Both the position numbers and the translations under genes were made by a program. A DNA stretch of 63,761 nucleotides, the filler included, from Octopus bimaculoides (taxonomy: Eukaryota), in NCBI RefSeq assembly GCF_001194135.2. It is 9 parts of 9 records of this genome, joined end to end, with 100 filler letters (N's around TTAATTAATTAA, not from the genome) between each part and the next. Parts side by side here need not be neighbours in the genome. Positions count along the whole stretch, not along the records: positions 12,652 to 22,106 come from NC_068987.1; positions 22,207 to 35,530 come from NC_069002.1; 7 more parts are not named here. One strand, 5' to 3'. Below are positions 14,246-26,002 of the stretch, piece by piece; positions within the stretch are counted from its first letter, which is position 1, and each line of letters begins with the position of its first letter. Below the pieces are notes generated by a model. The model did not search any database and was not told the origin of the DNA. It saw only the letters and a program-made list of their open reading frames with translations.

Positions 14246-14289
14246 ATGCTTCGCTGATGAGATCCAACAAGATCGAAACACGTCCAGCA
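14246..14289 (+). ncRNA. Hammerhead ribozyme-like motif (type I, minimal; probably at a Penelope-like terminus)
   Basis: CTGATGA (14254-60), stem II GATC/caacaa/GATC, GAAA (14275-78), C-ac-GTC with a GUC triplet. Stem I tgct(tc)g / cagca has a 2-nt bulge. Confidence 0.6.
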
Positions 14290-15633
14290 ACGCGGTTTAA
14301 AAGCCAACTGTACTACTATTTGTTTGTCTTTATCCTCCAGTAGATTAGCTGATATCTGTATAATCTTCCTTGCTTGTTTTTAGATTTAAAACATTCCTTA
14401 AGGGTGCTTTTATCCTACAATTGCAAGGATAACCACAGTTAATCGATTCCCCACTATTCACTATATTATATACGTGAGACTCTACCATATGTGTATATAA
14501 ACCACTCGTATACATTTACTTTAGATGAGTGTCCTGTATGCTAAATCAGTCCTATTGTTTATAACCACTTAGCTTTCATTTAATTTCATGCCTTCGTAGT
14601 TCGAATAGAAAAGAAGGAAACAGGAAATAGAGCAAAATAGATTTATAGATAGATAGAGAAAGAGAAATAGAGAGAGAGAGTGAGACATTATTTACTCTGT
14701 GAATCCATAAACGTTAAAGGAGGCTGGTCAAGCTGAATAGCATTAATGTTTATTTGGAATTGATTAAAATATGATAGATATATCACGATCTACACAGCCT
14801 CTCAAAGACGGTGTTTAGCAGAGAATTCAGTAGCGTTAAATCGACTAGAGACGAATGCCTTTAAGAATATGACACCAGTATATAACTTATATTCTCAGCA
14901 GTTAAATCAATTGAGGCGTGTCAGATTAAGAGCTTGTTCAAAGAAGCAACAAAACGGGAGACATAAACAATAGATTAGACCATTGGTTTAATATTATTAT
15001 CGAATACTTTCATTCTTTTATACTTTTATGATGGAATATTTTAGTCCCTTCATACATGCATTAATGAAACTTTATTTTACGTAGCGAAACATAACTCTCA
15101 CCAAAAGCACACACACACACAAACACACACACACAGATGGAGGCATGCATACAAATTTATGCATACACACACATATGTATGTATGTATGTATGTATGTAT
15201 GTGTTTGTATATCGTCAATACATTATATATCCGAAAAAGAAAAGCATATTCTAAAAGTTAGAACAGTAATGTATTTACACGAAATTAAATATATGTCCGG
15301 TCATAGAGTGATCAATGGTTTCGCGTCCATAAAGCGCTTAGCTTTAGAGATAACTCGTCAAATTCCAATGGTCGTTACNNNNNNNNNNNNNNNNNNNNNN
15401 NNNNNNNNNNNNNNNNNNNNNNNNNNNNNNNNNNNNNNNNNNNNNNNNNNNNNNNNNNNNNNNNNNNNNNNNNNNNNNNNNNNNNNNNNNNNNNNNNNNN
15501 NNNNNNNNNNNNNNNNNNNNNNNNTATATATATATATATAACGTGAGAGAGTTAGGGGTTGGGGGTACAACCCACTAAGGGATAGTATCTATCCAGTATA
15601 CTGCTGGGAGGATATATATATATATATATATAT

Positions 15634-16790
15634 CAAAAGTCTTAATAAGTAGGAAGGCAGACAAACCACAAATCCCTTGAGGTAGATGGTACTGCTCGAT
15701 CTGTAGAAAAAGCGTAGGTAGAAACTCCATAAGATGTATCCAGTGTAAGCTATGGACACATAAGAGGTGCAGCAATATCAAAGGAAGGCTAACTGGGAAG
15801 ATAGTTTTTGTGTGTGGCAAATGCTCAGGAGCAATAAACGCTGAAAATGTGCAGAGAACAGCTTCCGTCACATTGCAGGGGAAAAAACTACAAGTAGTTG
15901 ATTGCTTCCGTTACCTAGATGACCAAATTAGTAGCGGCTCTGAAAGTGTAGCTGCTAGAATAAGAATAGCCTGGGCAAAGTTCAGAGAGTTCCTACCTCT
16001 GCTGATGACAAAGGGCCTCTCGCCCTGAGTAAAAGGTAGCCTGTATGATGCATGATGAGCGAACAGCCATACTACATGGCAGTGAAACATGGGCCGTGAC
16101 TGCTGAGGACATGCGTAAGCTTGCAAGGAATGAAACCAATATGCTCCGCTGGATGTGTAATGTCAGTGTGCATATACGACAGAGTGTAAACACCCTGAGA
16201 GAAAAATTGGACTTAAGAAGCATCAGATGTGGTGTGCAAAAGAGACGACTGCGCTGGTATGGTCATGTGTTGCGAATGGATGAGGACAGCTGTGCAAAAA
16301 AGTGTCACATCCTAGCAGTTGAGGAAACCTGTGGAAGTGGTAGACCCAGGAAGATCTGAGATGAGGTGGTGAAGCACGACCTTCGACATTAGGCCTCACC
16401 GAAGCAATGACAAGTGACCGAGACCTTTGGAGATATGCTGTGCTTGAGAAGACTCGGCAAGCCAAATGAGACCATAACCGTGGCCTATGCTAGTGCTGTA
16501 TAACCAGTCCATTTAAGAGTACCCTTCAATCATTGGACAATAAACTATGCTTGCGAAGACCTGTTGAGGCAAGGGAATTCGCTGTTGTGGCCGATGACAG
16601 TACCGCTTGATTGGCACCCGTGTCAGTGGAACGTTAAAAGCACCATTCGAGCGTGATCGTTGCCAGGGTCGCTGACTGGCTCACGTACCGGTGGCACGTA
16701 AAAGTATCAACTACACTTCTCGGAGTGGTTGGCGTTAGGAAGGGCATCCAGCTGTAGGAACTTTGCCAGATCAGATAAGGGATAGCGTTC
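15634..16790 (+). mobile_element. 5'-truncated RTE-clade LINE (C-terminal RT, PHD-like insert, 3' UTR)
   Basis: KVLISRK...VVDCFRYLDDQI...ARIRIAWAKFRE...ILHGSETW...RRLRWYGHVLRM...GRPRKI, with stops and frameshifts. The 3' UTR contains gagtggttggcgttaggaagggcatccagc. Confidence 0.9.
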
Positions 16791-17029
16791 CGAGTCCCTT
16801 TCTTACTTTAAAGACAGTTTGTATAACAATGTCAAGAATAGACATAATTCGCGACACAACACCTGACACTATACACTTTTGAAAATTTAATGTGGAACCG
16901 GTCAAATGTATTCCTATATTTTAGAATATAATTTAATTCTAATTAATTCTTCTAATATATTCTCTGTGCATTTCAATATCATTTCTTCTATTTCTCCACT
17001 TGTTTGGATTAATAACAATATACGTATAT

Positions 17030-17300
17030 ATATATTGTATAAAGGATCATGGGTAAGGCCAGAACAATGCGAAGTAAATTGAAGGTAAATCACGAAAAAA
17101 CAAATATGTGAATTAATGTAGACTTACCTTGTATTCAATATTTCGGGGTTATGACCTCATCTTCAAGAAATTAACGAATAACCCTGAGATATTGAATACA
17201 AGGTAAGTCTACATTAATTCATATATTTGTTTTCTTGTGATTTGCGTTGCATTTACTTCGCATTGTTCTGGCTTTACCCACGCTCCTTTATACAATATAT
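17030..17300. repeat. Foldback inverted repeat, about 123-bp arms, 25-nt spacer
   Basis: 17030-17152 is the reverse complement of 17178-17300 (e.g. gaattaatgtagacttaccttgtattcaatat / atattgaatacaaggtaagtctacattaattc). Confidence 0.93.
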
Positions 17301-17329
17301 TCTACACAATGCTTCATAGTAATTATTCC

Positions 17330-17368
<39 letters not shown>

Positions 17369-17393
17369 NNNNNNNNNNNNNNNNNNNNNNNNN

Positions 17394-17446
<53 letters not shown>

Positions 17447-18424
17447 ATAAATATATATTTATCGATCATTTATCTATACATTCCTAAGAAATTTTATCCA
17501 TTCATCCATTTATAAGTGCATACATATATGAAGAATTTCAAAGTAAAACCAGAGAAGCAGATATAGTCATTCCGTTGCTTGTATTATATCATATATTGGC
17601 AATGCGTGATTGTTCATTGGCATTCTAAGTATGGCTAGGGTAACACTTATTTAAGGGTTTCTAGTGTTGGGAGGTTTTGTTGCATATTTACATACGTGCA
17701 TGTGTACGTTCAGTTATGCGTGTGCATATATGTACGTGCTTCTGTGTGAACATTCGGACGTGCCTCAATGTGCTCATATGTACCTGGCTGCGTATGCACA
17801 TGTATACACGCAAATATAAATATAATAAAACTGATAGCGAATCTGGGTCAGAAAGCGAGCAGGAGATTTGAAAAAATTAGCGAAAATAAATTATTAGCGA
17901 ACATTTTCTTTAGAACTTGTACGTAATATATTTATAATTGTTGGTGAAGGTGGTTATAGTACCAAATGTTTAGACAGTAAACTTTAGTACAATCTAGACA
18001 CAGAAAATAGACAATGTATATTCTGCAAAATTTGATGCTTGCTGAACAGTAAAAATAGGCAACTGTTTTGAAGTTCAGCATGTGAATCACTACCATTAGT
18101 TTGCGTAAATGCTAGTAAAAATTGTTATTATTAAGATAAAAGTTTATAATTGCCAGAATATCAATGAGTCATATTTTTATAGCCACACTGCTTTTTCTTT
18201 ATTGGATATATTTTATGAAATTAGAATACGCACACGTTAACATACGTGTGCGCACACTTATAACAGCAATTAAATTTTTCACCATCATTTTTCTAAGTTT
18301 CGTGTTATCGTTTTTCCATACGACCAAAATTTTTATTTGAATTATTAGCTTATGCAAGTGATAAATATTTCATCAAAATATTCTAAATATTGAGATTCTA
18401 AAGTTTATCTTTAACGACATAGCT

Positions 18425-18858
18425 AAGGCGGCGAGCTGGCAGAAACGTTAGCACGCCAGACGAAATGCTCAGCGGTATTTCGTCTGCCGTTACGTTCTGA
18501 GTTCAAAATCCGCCGAGGTCGACTTTGCCTTTCATCCTTTCGGGGTCGATAAATTAAGTACCAGTTACGCACTGGAGTCGATGTAATCGACTTAATACCT
18601 TTGTCTGTTCTTGTTTGTCCCCTCTGTGTTTAGTCCCTTGTGGGCAATAAAGAAATAAGAATCGTTAGCACGCCGGACAAAATGCTTAGCGGCATTTCGT
18701 CCGTTTTTACGTTCTGAGTTCAAATTCTGGCGAGATCGACTTTGCTTTTCACCCTTATGGGGTCGATTAAATAAATTCCAATTTAACACTGGGGGCGATA
18801 TAATCGACTTACCCTCCCCCACCGAAATTTCTGGTCTTGTGCCATAATTTGAAACCAA
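18425..18858 (+). mobile_element. SINE A (18425-18658) joined to a head-truncated SINE A' (18659-18858)
   Basis: Two B boxes and two cores. The junction reads aagaaataa|gaatcgttagcacgccgg. Confidence 0.9.
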
Positions 18859-19094
18859 AATTAATGACAGAGCTTTTATTATATTATATTATTATAGTAT
18901 ATTATGGAAAATCAGTAGGATTGAATTCTTTAAAACGGTTCTCCAGCATGACTGCAGTCAATGACAGGAACAATTTCAAAAGTAAACGGTTTAACATTTA
19001 GCGGTCGATAAAATACTTAGACAAAAAGAACTAGAACAAAAGAGATAGAGTGATAAAACCACGAGCTGATTAAGAAGCACGTGTGACGCAGACA

Positions 19095-19240
19095 AGGCTG
19101 CGTGGTGAAGGAGTTCACTACGTGATTTCGTGTTCGATCCCATTGTGCGATATCTTGGCCAATTGCGTTATACTAAAGCCCTTGGCTGACCAGTACTTCG
19201 TGAGTAAATTTGGAAGATAGGAACTGTGTGGAAGCTTGTC

Positions 19241-19302
<62 letters not shown>

Positions 19303-19570
19303 GCAATAAAATAGAAAAATAGAAATCTTTTGGTATTATTTATTTTCTATTACACGTGTTTCATTTTCTTGCGATTCCTACTAGCAAATGAAACATGTAT
19401 AATGGTGACTAAATAATAGCATAAAATTTCCATTTTATTATTTCATTATAAATTAACTTTGCAAATAGTTTTTCCGTAATTCTAAATTTTAGTATGTATT
19501 TTGACTCACAACACCAACCTTGGATATATATTGATTGTATTATTTGAATAAGNNNNNNNNNNNNNNNNNN

Positions 19571-19623
<53 letters not shown>

Positions 19624-19800
19624 TTATGTCTGTTTGTCACACACCGTGTGAAAAACCGTGTTGGTCTGTTTACGTCCTTGTAACTTAGCGGTTTGGTAAA
19701 AGAGACCGATAGAATAAGAACCAGTTTTCGACTAAATCTCTTCAAGGCAGTGCTCCAGCAAGGCCACAGTCCAATGAGTGAAACAAATCAAAGATTAAAA
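19095..19800 (+). mobile_element. Degenerate SINE family B (head 19095-19245, tail 19630-19800)
   Basis: Head ggctgcgtggtgaag...gttcgatccc; tail taacttagcggtttggtaaaagagaccgatagaataag...gtgctccagcaaggccacagtc. Confidence 0.65.
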
Positions 19801-20241
19801 CGACAGAGATATGTACACAGAAATAGACATAATGGAGAAGGAAAAGAAAAGGAAAAATAAAGAAACGTAGAGGGACGTGAGAGAAAAAACAGAAGCGGCT
19901 CTATCGCTGTATAACATTAGATATAATATACTTTATGGAGAAAGGTGGTGTTTATTAGAGTAAGTTAACAATCGTCAAATGTTTACTGTTTAATTTAAAA
20001 TTTTAGAATTTTAGTATTTAGAAGCCTGCAATTTAAATATTTCAGTCATATCAAAAAGAGGCAACGTAAAACTCGGAGTAATGACGGCGAAATCTCTTTT
20101 AAATACTGTTTTAATTGCTTCATACACAGAGAGCACACAGTTTCCCTCCACTCAGTGAGATACTCCATTTAATGCCAACAGAGGTTATAGATCCCTGAAC
20201 TTTCCCCCTTTTTATTGTTACTTTGGCTGTTACATCTTCAG

Positions 20242-20274
20242 GAGAAACTCTCTATTGCTGATCAATACACGCAG
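20242..20274 (+). CDS. Candidate in-frame cassette microexon of the receptor gene (EKLSIADQYTQ)
   Basis: Pyrimidine-rich acceptor ...tacatcttcAG, 33 nt without stops in phase 0, donor CAG|gtaaca. It lies in the phase-0 intron 13832-20654. Confidence 0.35.
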
Positions 20275-20409
20275 GTAACAGAAGCTGTCAGTTACTTGTA
20301 GCGACCCTTCTGAGCTATTGAAGTAATTCATTTTATTGGCGTTTACTACACCAGTACATTTGTTGCGCGAAAAGTCCCTTTTTCTGTCAATATATTATAT
20401 TTAAGATTA

Positions 20410-20622
20410 GGACGGCAAACTGGCAAAATCGTTAGAACGCCGGGCAAAATGCTTAGCGGCTTTCGCCCGTCTTTATGTTCTGAGTTCAAATTCCGCTGAG
20501 ATTGACTTCATCCTTTCAGGGTTGATAAAATAATTACTAGTTGAACTTTAGAGTCGATGAATCGATATATCCGTCCCTTAAAAACTTACTGGCCTTGTGC
20601 CAAAATTTAAAACCAATAAGTA
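20410..20622 (+). mobile_element. SINE A' with 13-bp TSD
   Basis: A box, B box and core present. TSD atatttaagatta at 20397-20409 and 20623-20635. Confidence 0.88.
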
Positions 20623-20654
20623 ATATTTAAGATTACATTATGTATTATTTACAG

Positions 20655-20790
20655 GCAAATTATCTCATTGGTACTTTTTATGATTCGGCAATTTTGTATG
20701 GTTATGCTCTTAACGAAACACTTGAAAGTGGTAGAAACATTCGAAATGGTACCGACGTCACTAGAAGAATGTGGAATCGTAATTTTACAG
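20655..20790 (+). CDS. Natriuretic peptide receptor / receptor guanylyl cyclase-like gene, ectodomain exon
   Basis: tttacAG|ANYLIGTFYDSAILYGYALNETLESGRNIRNGTDVTRRMWNRNFT(G)|gtaaca; 136 nt, phase 0 to 1. The ALNETL and MWNR.F.G motifs match the ANF-receptor ligand-binding domain. Confidence 0.92.
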
Positions 20791-20974
20791 GTAACAGCTA
20801 TACAATTTTGCACTACCGAATTTTATTTATTTCATTTAATGATTACTTCATTGCCAATAACTGATAAATGTTCTAGTCGCAGTTTTTTTGTTTTAGCGTC
20901 AATGCCAACCCTCTATGTCAGTTTTACGTCTACTGTTGATAAAATAAGGAAAGTGTATTCAATAATTATTTCAG

Positions 20975-21066
20975 GTATAACTGGAGAAGTGGTTGTTGAT
21001 GATAACGGAGACCGAGAATCAAGTTTCTCAATTCTGGATATGAATCCTATCACTGGAAGATTTCAG
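20975..21066 (+). CDS. Natriuretic peptide receptor / receptor guanylyl cyclase-like gene, ectodomain exon
   Basis: atttcAG|(G)ITGEVVVDDNGDRESSFSILDMNPITGRFQ|gtgagt; 92 nt, phase 1 to 0. Carries the GITG.V..D.NGDR...S.LDM signature. Confidence 0.92.
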
Positions 21067-22055
21067 GTGAGTTTAACCAGCTATATTATGAGCAGATTGA
21101 TTATTCTTGGAGTTGTAGAGTATTTGTCGGGAGTATAACCGCTCGGGAAATATAGCACATATGCTATTACAAAATAGTCTTTAGTCTATTTTCTGTCAGT
21201 TCTTTTCGTGGGTTGTGCTGGATTCGTGAGAGGATACAATCATTCTAGCATAATTTAAATATCAATACTGTTTATTGATACGTGCATAGATTGAGTCTTT
21301 ATATTGATGAAAAATGTTGGTATGTCTTCAATGGATGATGTCATCAAAGAATTCCTTCATGGTAGCAGTAACAGTCCGGAGTTTGGCGTCTAGATTGGAT
21401 GTAGATAATGTTTCAATTCTGAAGATAAAGAAGGAATGAACTGTAACAGCATGAACAAGAGTCTGTGTTATTAGATGTAACAGCGATCAGTTTAATGAAG
21501 ATAAAGTGTATCGGAGATATAAAGCAAAACTTAAGAGAGTTGACAGAATATAGGTCGGAAAGAGCCATGTCGTCGCAATTTACGAGAGAAAGTAGTCTGA
21601 CAAAAAGGTTTTCATCCAGATTTAAGAGAAGGCTGGAGCTCATTCGTAGATAACATGTTCAGGAGATATCACACAGAATACTGTTGAAGCTTTCTGCAAA
21701 AATTCTTAATAGGCCACAGAATACTGGTGTTTGATGCAAGGGAGAAAGATTCTGCTAGATTTGCTGCGACTGAAAAGTGAGAGATGCTGATGATGTTGGA
21801 AGCGATGATTCACAACGAGTGTTTCTATTGCTTTTGAGTGGCAGGAAGACTAACTACAAGTCATAGAGCCCAAAAGTTACCACGATAATACACACACGCA
21901 CACACGCGCGCGCGCACAAATATGACGAGCTAGCTACGTATGATGAACCTACGAAACTTTTAAGTTGTATGGAGCCGAATCAAACTGTTATTAATAATAA
22001 TATAACTCCTACCAAATGCGTTGAGTGTCTTTTTCTTTCGTTTGTCCACTCACTA

Positions 22056-22106
<51 letters not shown>

Positions 22107-22207
22107 NNNNNNNNNNNNNNNNNNNNNNNNNNNNNNNNNNNNNNNNNNNNTTAATTAATTAANNNNNNNNNNNNNNNNNNNNNNNNNNNNNNNNNNNNNN
22201 NNNNNNA

Positions 22208-22505
22208 GTCCCTGAAGCTCTTCTTCATCTTTGCCATATAGCTTTAAATCATCCATATAAAATAAATGGCTTATTTTCTTGTTGTCAATTTTGTAGCCAT
22301 ATCCTATTCTATTCAGTTCACTTGAGAGTGGTATCAGTGCTATGCAGAAAATTAGTGGTGAGAGCGAGTCACCCTGGAAAATTCCACAGTTTATGCTAAT
22401 ATTGTTTGAGTACAATACTCCATTAGAATGATATAATTGCAGCTTCGTGTTCCATAGTGACATATTATACCTTAAGAAATCTGAAATCACAGGAGAAATT
22501 TTGAA

Positions 22506-22506
<1 letters not shown>
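22208..22506 (-). mobile_element. R4/Dong-type non-LTR retrotransposon RT fragment
   Basis: Open frame ...CGIFQGDSLSPLIFCIALIPLS...ISHLFYMDDLKLYGK. It runs into a gap at its 3' side and abuts (TAA)n at its 5' side. Confidence 0.88.
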
Positions 22507-22549
<43 letters not shown>

Positions 22550-22755
22550 TATTAGTATTCAACGTTTGTTAGTTTCAAGAAAATTTCTACTGCATCAACT
22601 GCTACACCTCAGTGTTGCTTAGTATTGTTATTCTCATTATGCTTATTATGTTATCATCATCATCATTATTATTGCTATTTATTTATTTATTTATTTATGT
22701 GTTTCAGCCAAGTGGCTGCGGTCATGCTGGTGCACCACTATTATTATTATTATTA

Positions 22756-22796
<41 letters not shown>

Positions 22797-23671
22797 GTTA
22801 TTATTATTATTGTTATTATTCCATTAGTCGTTAATAACTAGTTGTGTGATGCCTTACAACTTTAATATCACAAAACGCCCAGAAGAGTCGGAAGAGTCGG
22901 AGGTGGAAGAGCCAACAGCAGCAGCGTCATCAGGGTTCAAGAATTAGAAGAGTTAGGGAAATGCATAGAGAGGATGGAGAAGTGTCAGTCATGCCGACCA
23001 TAAATGCATGAGGAAAGGGAAGAATTTATAGAGAAAAAGGAAGTGAAATAGTGTAGTTAATAATGTTTCCATTTGGTGCTGCTTGACTGGAGCTTCCTGT
23101 AACTGAAGCCCCCTTGAGATAAAAGTTAACCTAAACAATATCTGGCCTTGTTCTGCAGCTAAATTATATGTTTGAGCTGTAATCTTATCTTCGCCTCTTC
23201 ATAAGTAGAAACGCACAAGTAAACAGTATCAACAAACATTTACGTACACACAGACATACATAAATACATATTTATCTATATCCATAAATTTGTATATATA
23301 TATATATATATATATATATNNNNNNNNNNNNNNNNNNNNNNNNNNNNNNNNNNNNNNNNNNNNNNNNNNNNNNNNNNNNNNNNNNNNNNNNNNNNNNNNN
23401 NNNNNNNNNNNNNNNNNNNNNNNNNNNNNNNNNNNNNNNNNNNNNNNNNNNNNNNNNNNNNNNNNNNNNNNNNNNNNNNNNNNNNNNNNNNNNNNNNNNN
23501 NNNNNNNNNNNNNNNNNNNNNNNNNNNNNNNNNNNNNNNNNNNNNNNNNNNNNNNNNNNNNNNTACTGTTTCTGAATCTCTTTGATTCTTTAAATGTGCT
23601 AGCTTCCTGGTAATTAATCGATATTAATTAATATATGATTTTTTGCCATTTGTTAATAATAATATATATAT

Positions 23672-23706
<35 letters not shown>

Positions 23707-25944
23707 AGGGGGGAGAGAGAAAGAGATATGTGCGTACGCTCACTCGTGATTTGTTATACAAAAAGTGAACCAGCGTACATCGCTATGCGGAGTTCAAATA
23801 TAAGTGTGTGTGTGTGTGTGTGTATGTGTGTGCATGTGTGTGTGTGTGTGTGTGTGCGTATTTATGTGTTTGTATGCGCACGTGTGCGTGTACGCATGCG
23901 TGAGGAGGGTGAAAAAGGTGTGTTTATATAATTTGTATAAATGCCAAAATGCAATTTAGATATGAGTTACTACGAGTGTCGTCCTCGTATAACATAGTAA
24001 TAGGGTGACCCTATATAGCGTGCCATGTACAACACTCTGATAGATGCGCCTGAAAGAGTTCGATATAATATCTGAGCATAAAAACTTAAGCGGTTCACAG
24101 TTGTGAAATCTTGTTTTTATCAGATCACACTTACCTCTGTAGTGATTCGATGCATTCTTCCAATCTAATTATAAACTCTATATTTGGAATTTCCCACATT
24201 TTCAAAGAGAGTCTGTTTACACTGGAACTACTAGAAACATTTCTTTTGCAATATAAACTAAGTCAACTTCCTGTCTTCACTATGGAACTAAAGCTACTGC
24301 GTTTCCATTTAAGACATGTTAGGTACGTGTATGTGTGTGTGAGTGTGTGTATCAGCTCCTGCTACTTAAAGTTTCGAAGGTTCATGGATCTCATTCGGTT
24401 CTACGTATCTGATGAGGTAGATTCGTTCTACGACCCTACGACACTTTAAGTTTTTTGGACCCGAATCAAGCTGTTATTAACTAATATATGATGCAACTCC
24501 AACAAAGTTAAGCTACAAAGTTGACTAGACACATATCCATTTTGAAAGGTAACCAAACACCACGTGATTGAATGGAAAGTAATTGAGAAATCCATACTTT
24601 GTATGAATGGATTGAATAAATGTAGGCTTTGTTTAGCTGAAAGAGCTGTTCAGATCTAAGATCCCTAACTTTTTACTGAATTTCAGGTCAGAAATGTCAG
24701 TGGTTGCATGCATATGTAAAAATATGTTTTGAAGGAGTGGAAAAATCCACCTATTCCTAACCAACTTGATATGCTTCCAGCCTTATCATTTAAGGCCTAA
24801 GGGGGGATAACTCCTATACCTTTTTACTTTTGATTTTGTACTTTTTACTTTTACATTTTAGTTTTTGTGTTTTCGTTTTCCGTTTGTTATTTTTCGTTTT
24901 CTCTTTGTTTGAACTTTCTGCATTTTCTATATGCTGCCTTCTCATTTTTTCTTCTATCATTTCATTCTTTTAGTTCGTTATGATATGTGGTTTGCGCCAG
25001 AAGAATATGTTTCAGTATTTCTCAACATATGACACTATTAGTAGCGCTTAAATGCATGCTTTGTGCCATTTAAGAAATAATATTTATCTCTTACCAGATG
25101 GAGTACTTGTTGAATTTTCTTTTACGGAACAGTACATTATATATATATATAGGGGAAATTTTAAAAAATAGATATTGCATCTTGGTATGACAAACTGAAA
25201 TGCATTCAAACATGTCTCTAATACATTCGTATGGGCTTCCTCATTATGGATTGTATAAAATAAGGAATCCCAGGTTATTTTTCCATGCACCAAAAGTAAT
25301 TGGTACTACAACATTACATATGTTCAAATGAGCGAATCGAGTCTTAACTACTGGGTCCAGACATAAAGTCTATCAACCGTGCATGAGTTTCCCATCTTTA
25401 ATCTTACTTTTTGTCTGCTGTATATAACGGCAAACTCTTGGGCAACTTTTCTTCTTTCCAGCATCAAGTCTATTGGAATACCTTTAAAACATTCCTCTCG
25501 ATCATTTATATTCATTTTTCATTCAACAGGTGGAATGTTTAATCAACATTGGTTAACATAAAACTGCCGGCACTCTTTACTGTAGTAGCTAGAGCATTGC
25601 TATAACCAGAGAACAGTATCATATCCCAGGTGTGTGCGCTAGAAGCTGACCTATGACGCTATATCAGTCATTATTTATTCATACATAAGGTGTATACAAT
25701 GCTGAAACACGAACAGTATTGTAGCTATGTCGCTTCTAATTAAGTTTTCGAAACATTAGGTAGAATCTTAATGAAGTCGCAGAACGGCCATTTAAACCTG
25801 GGGAATGACTTGCACACACATTGATATTTAAATGTAGATAAGTTGCAGTCTAAACCCACACTCATACATACAGACATATATACTAACATGTACATCCATT
25901 CAAACACACACGCATCCATGTATATATGTATGTTTCATATATAT

Positions 25945-25983
<39 letters not shown>

Positions 25984-26002
25984 CAAAGATAGGCAGAGAT
26001 AT

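Noticed and set aside
21240-21880. Possible decayed CR1/Jockey-like 3' end on the minus strand
   Set aside because: Only vague motif resemblance (LRR, SFF); not supportable without a search.
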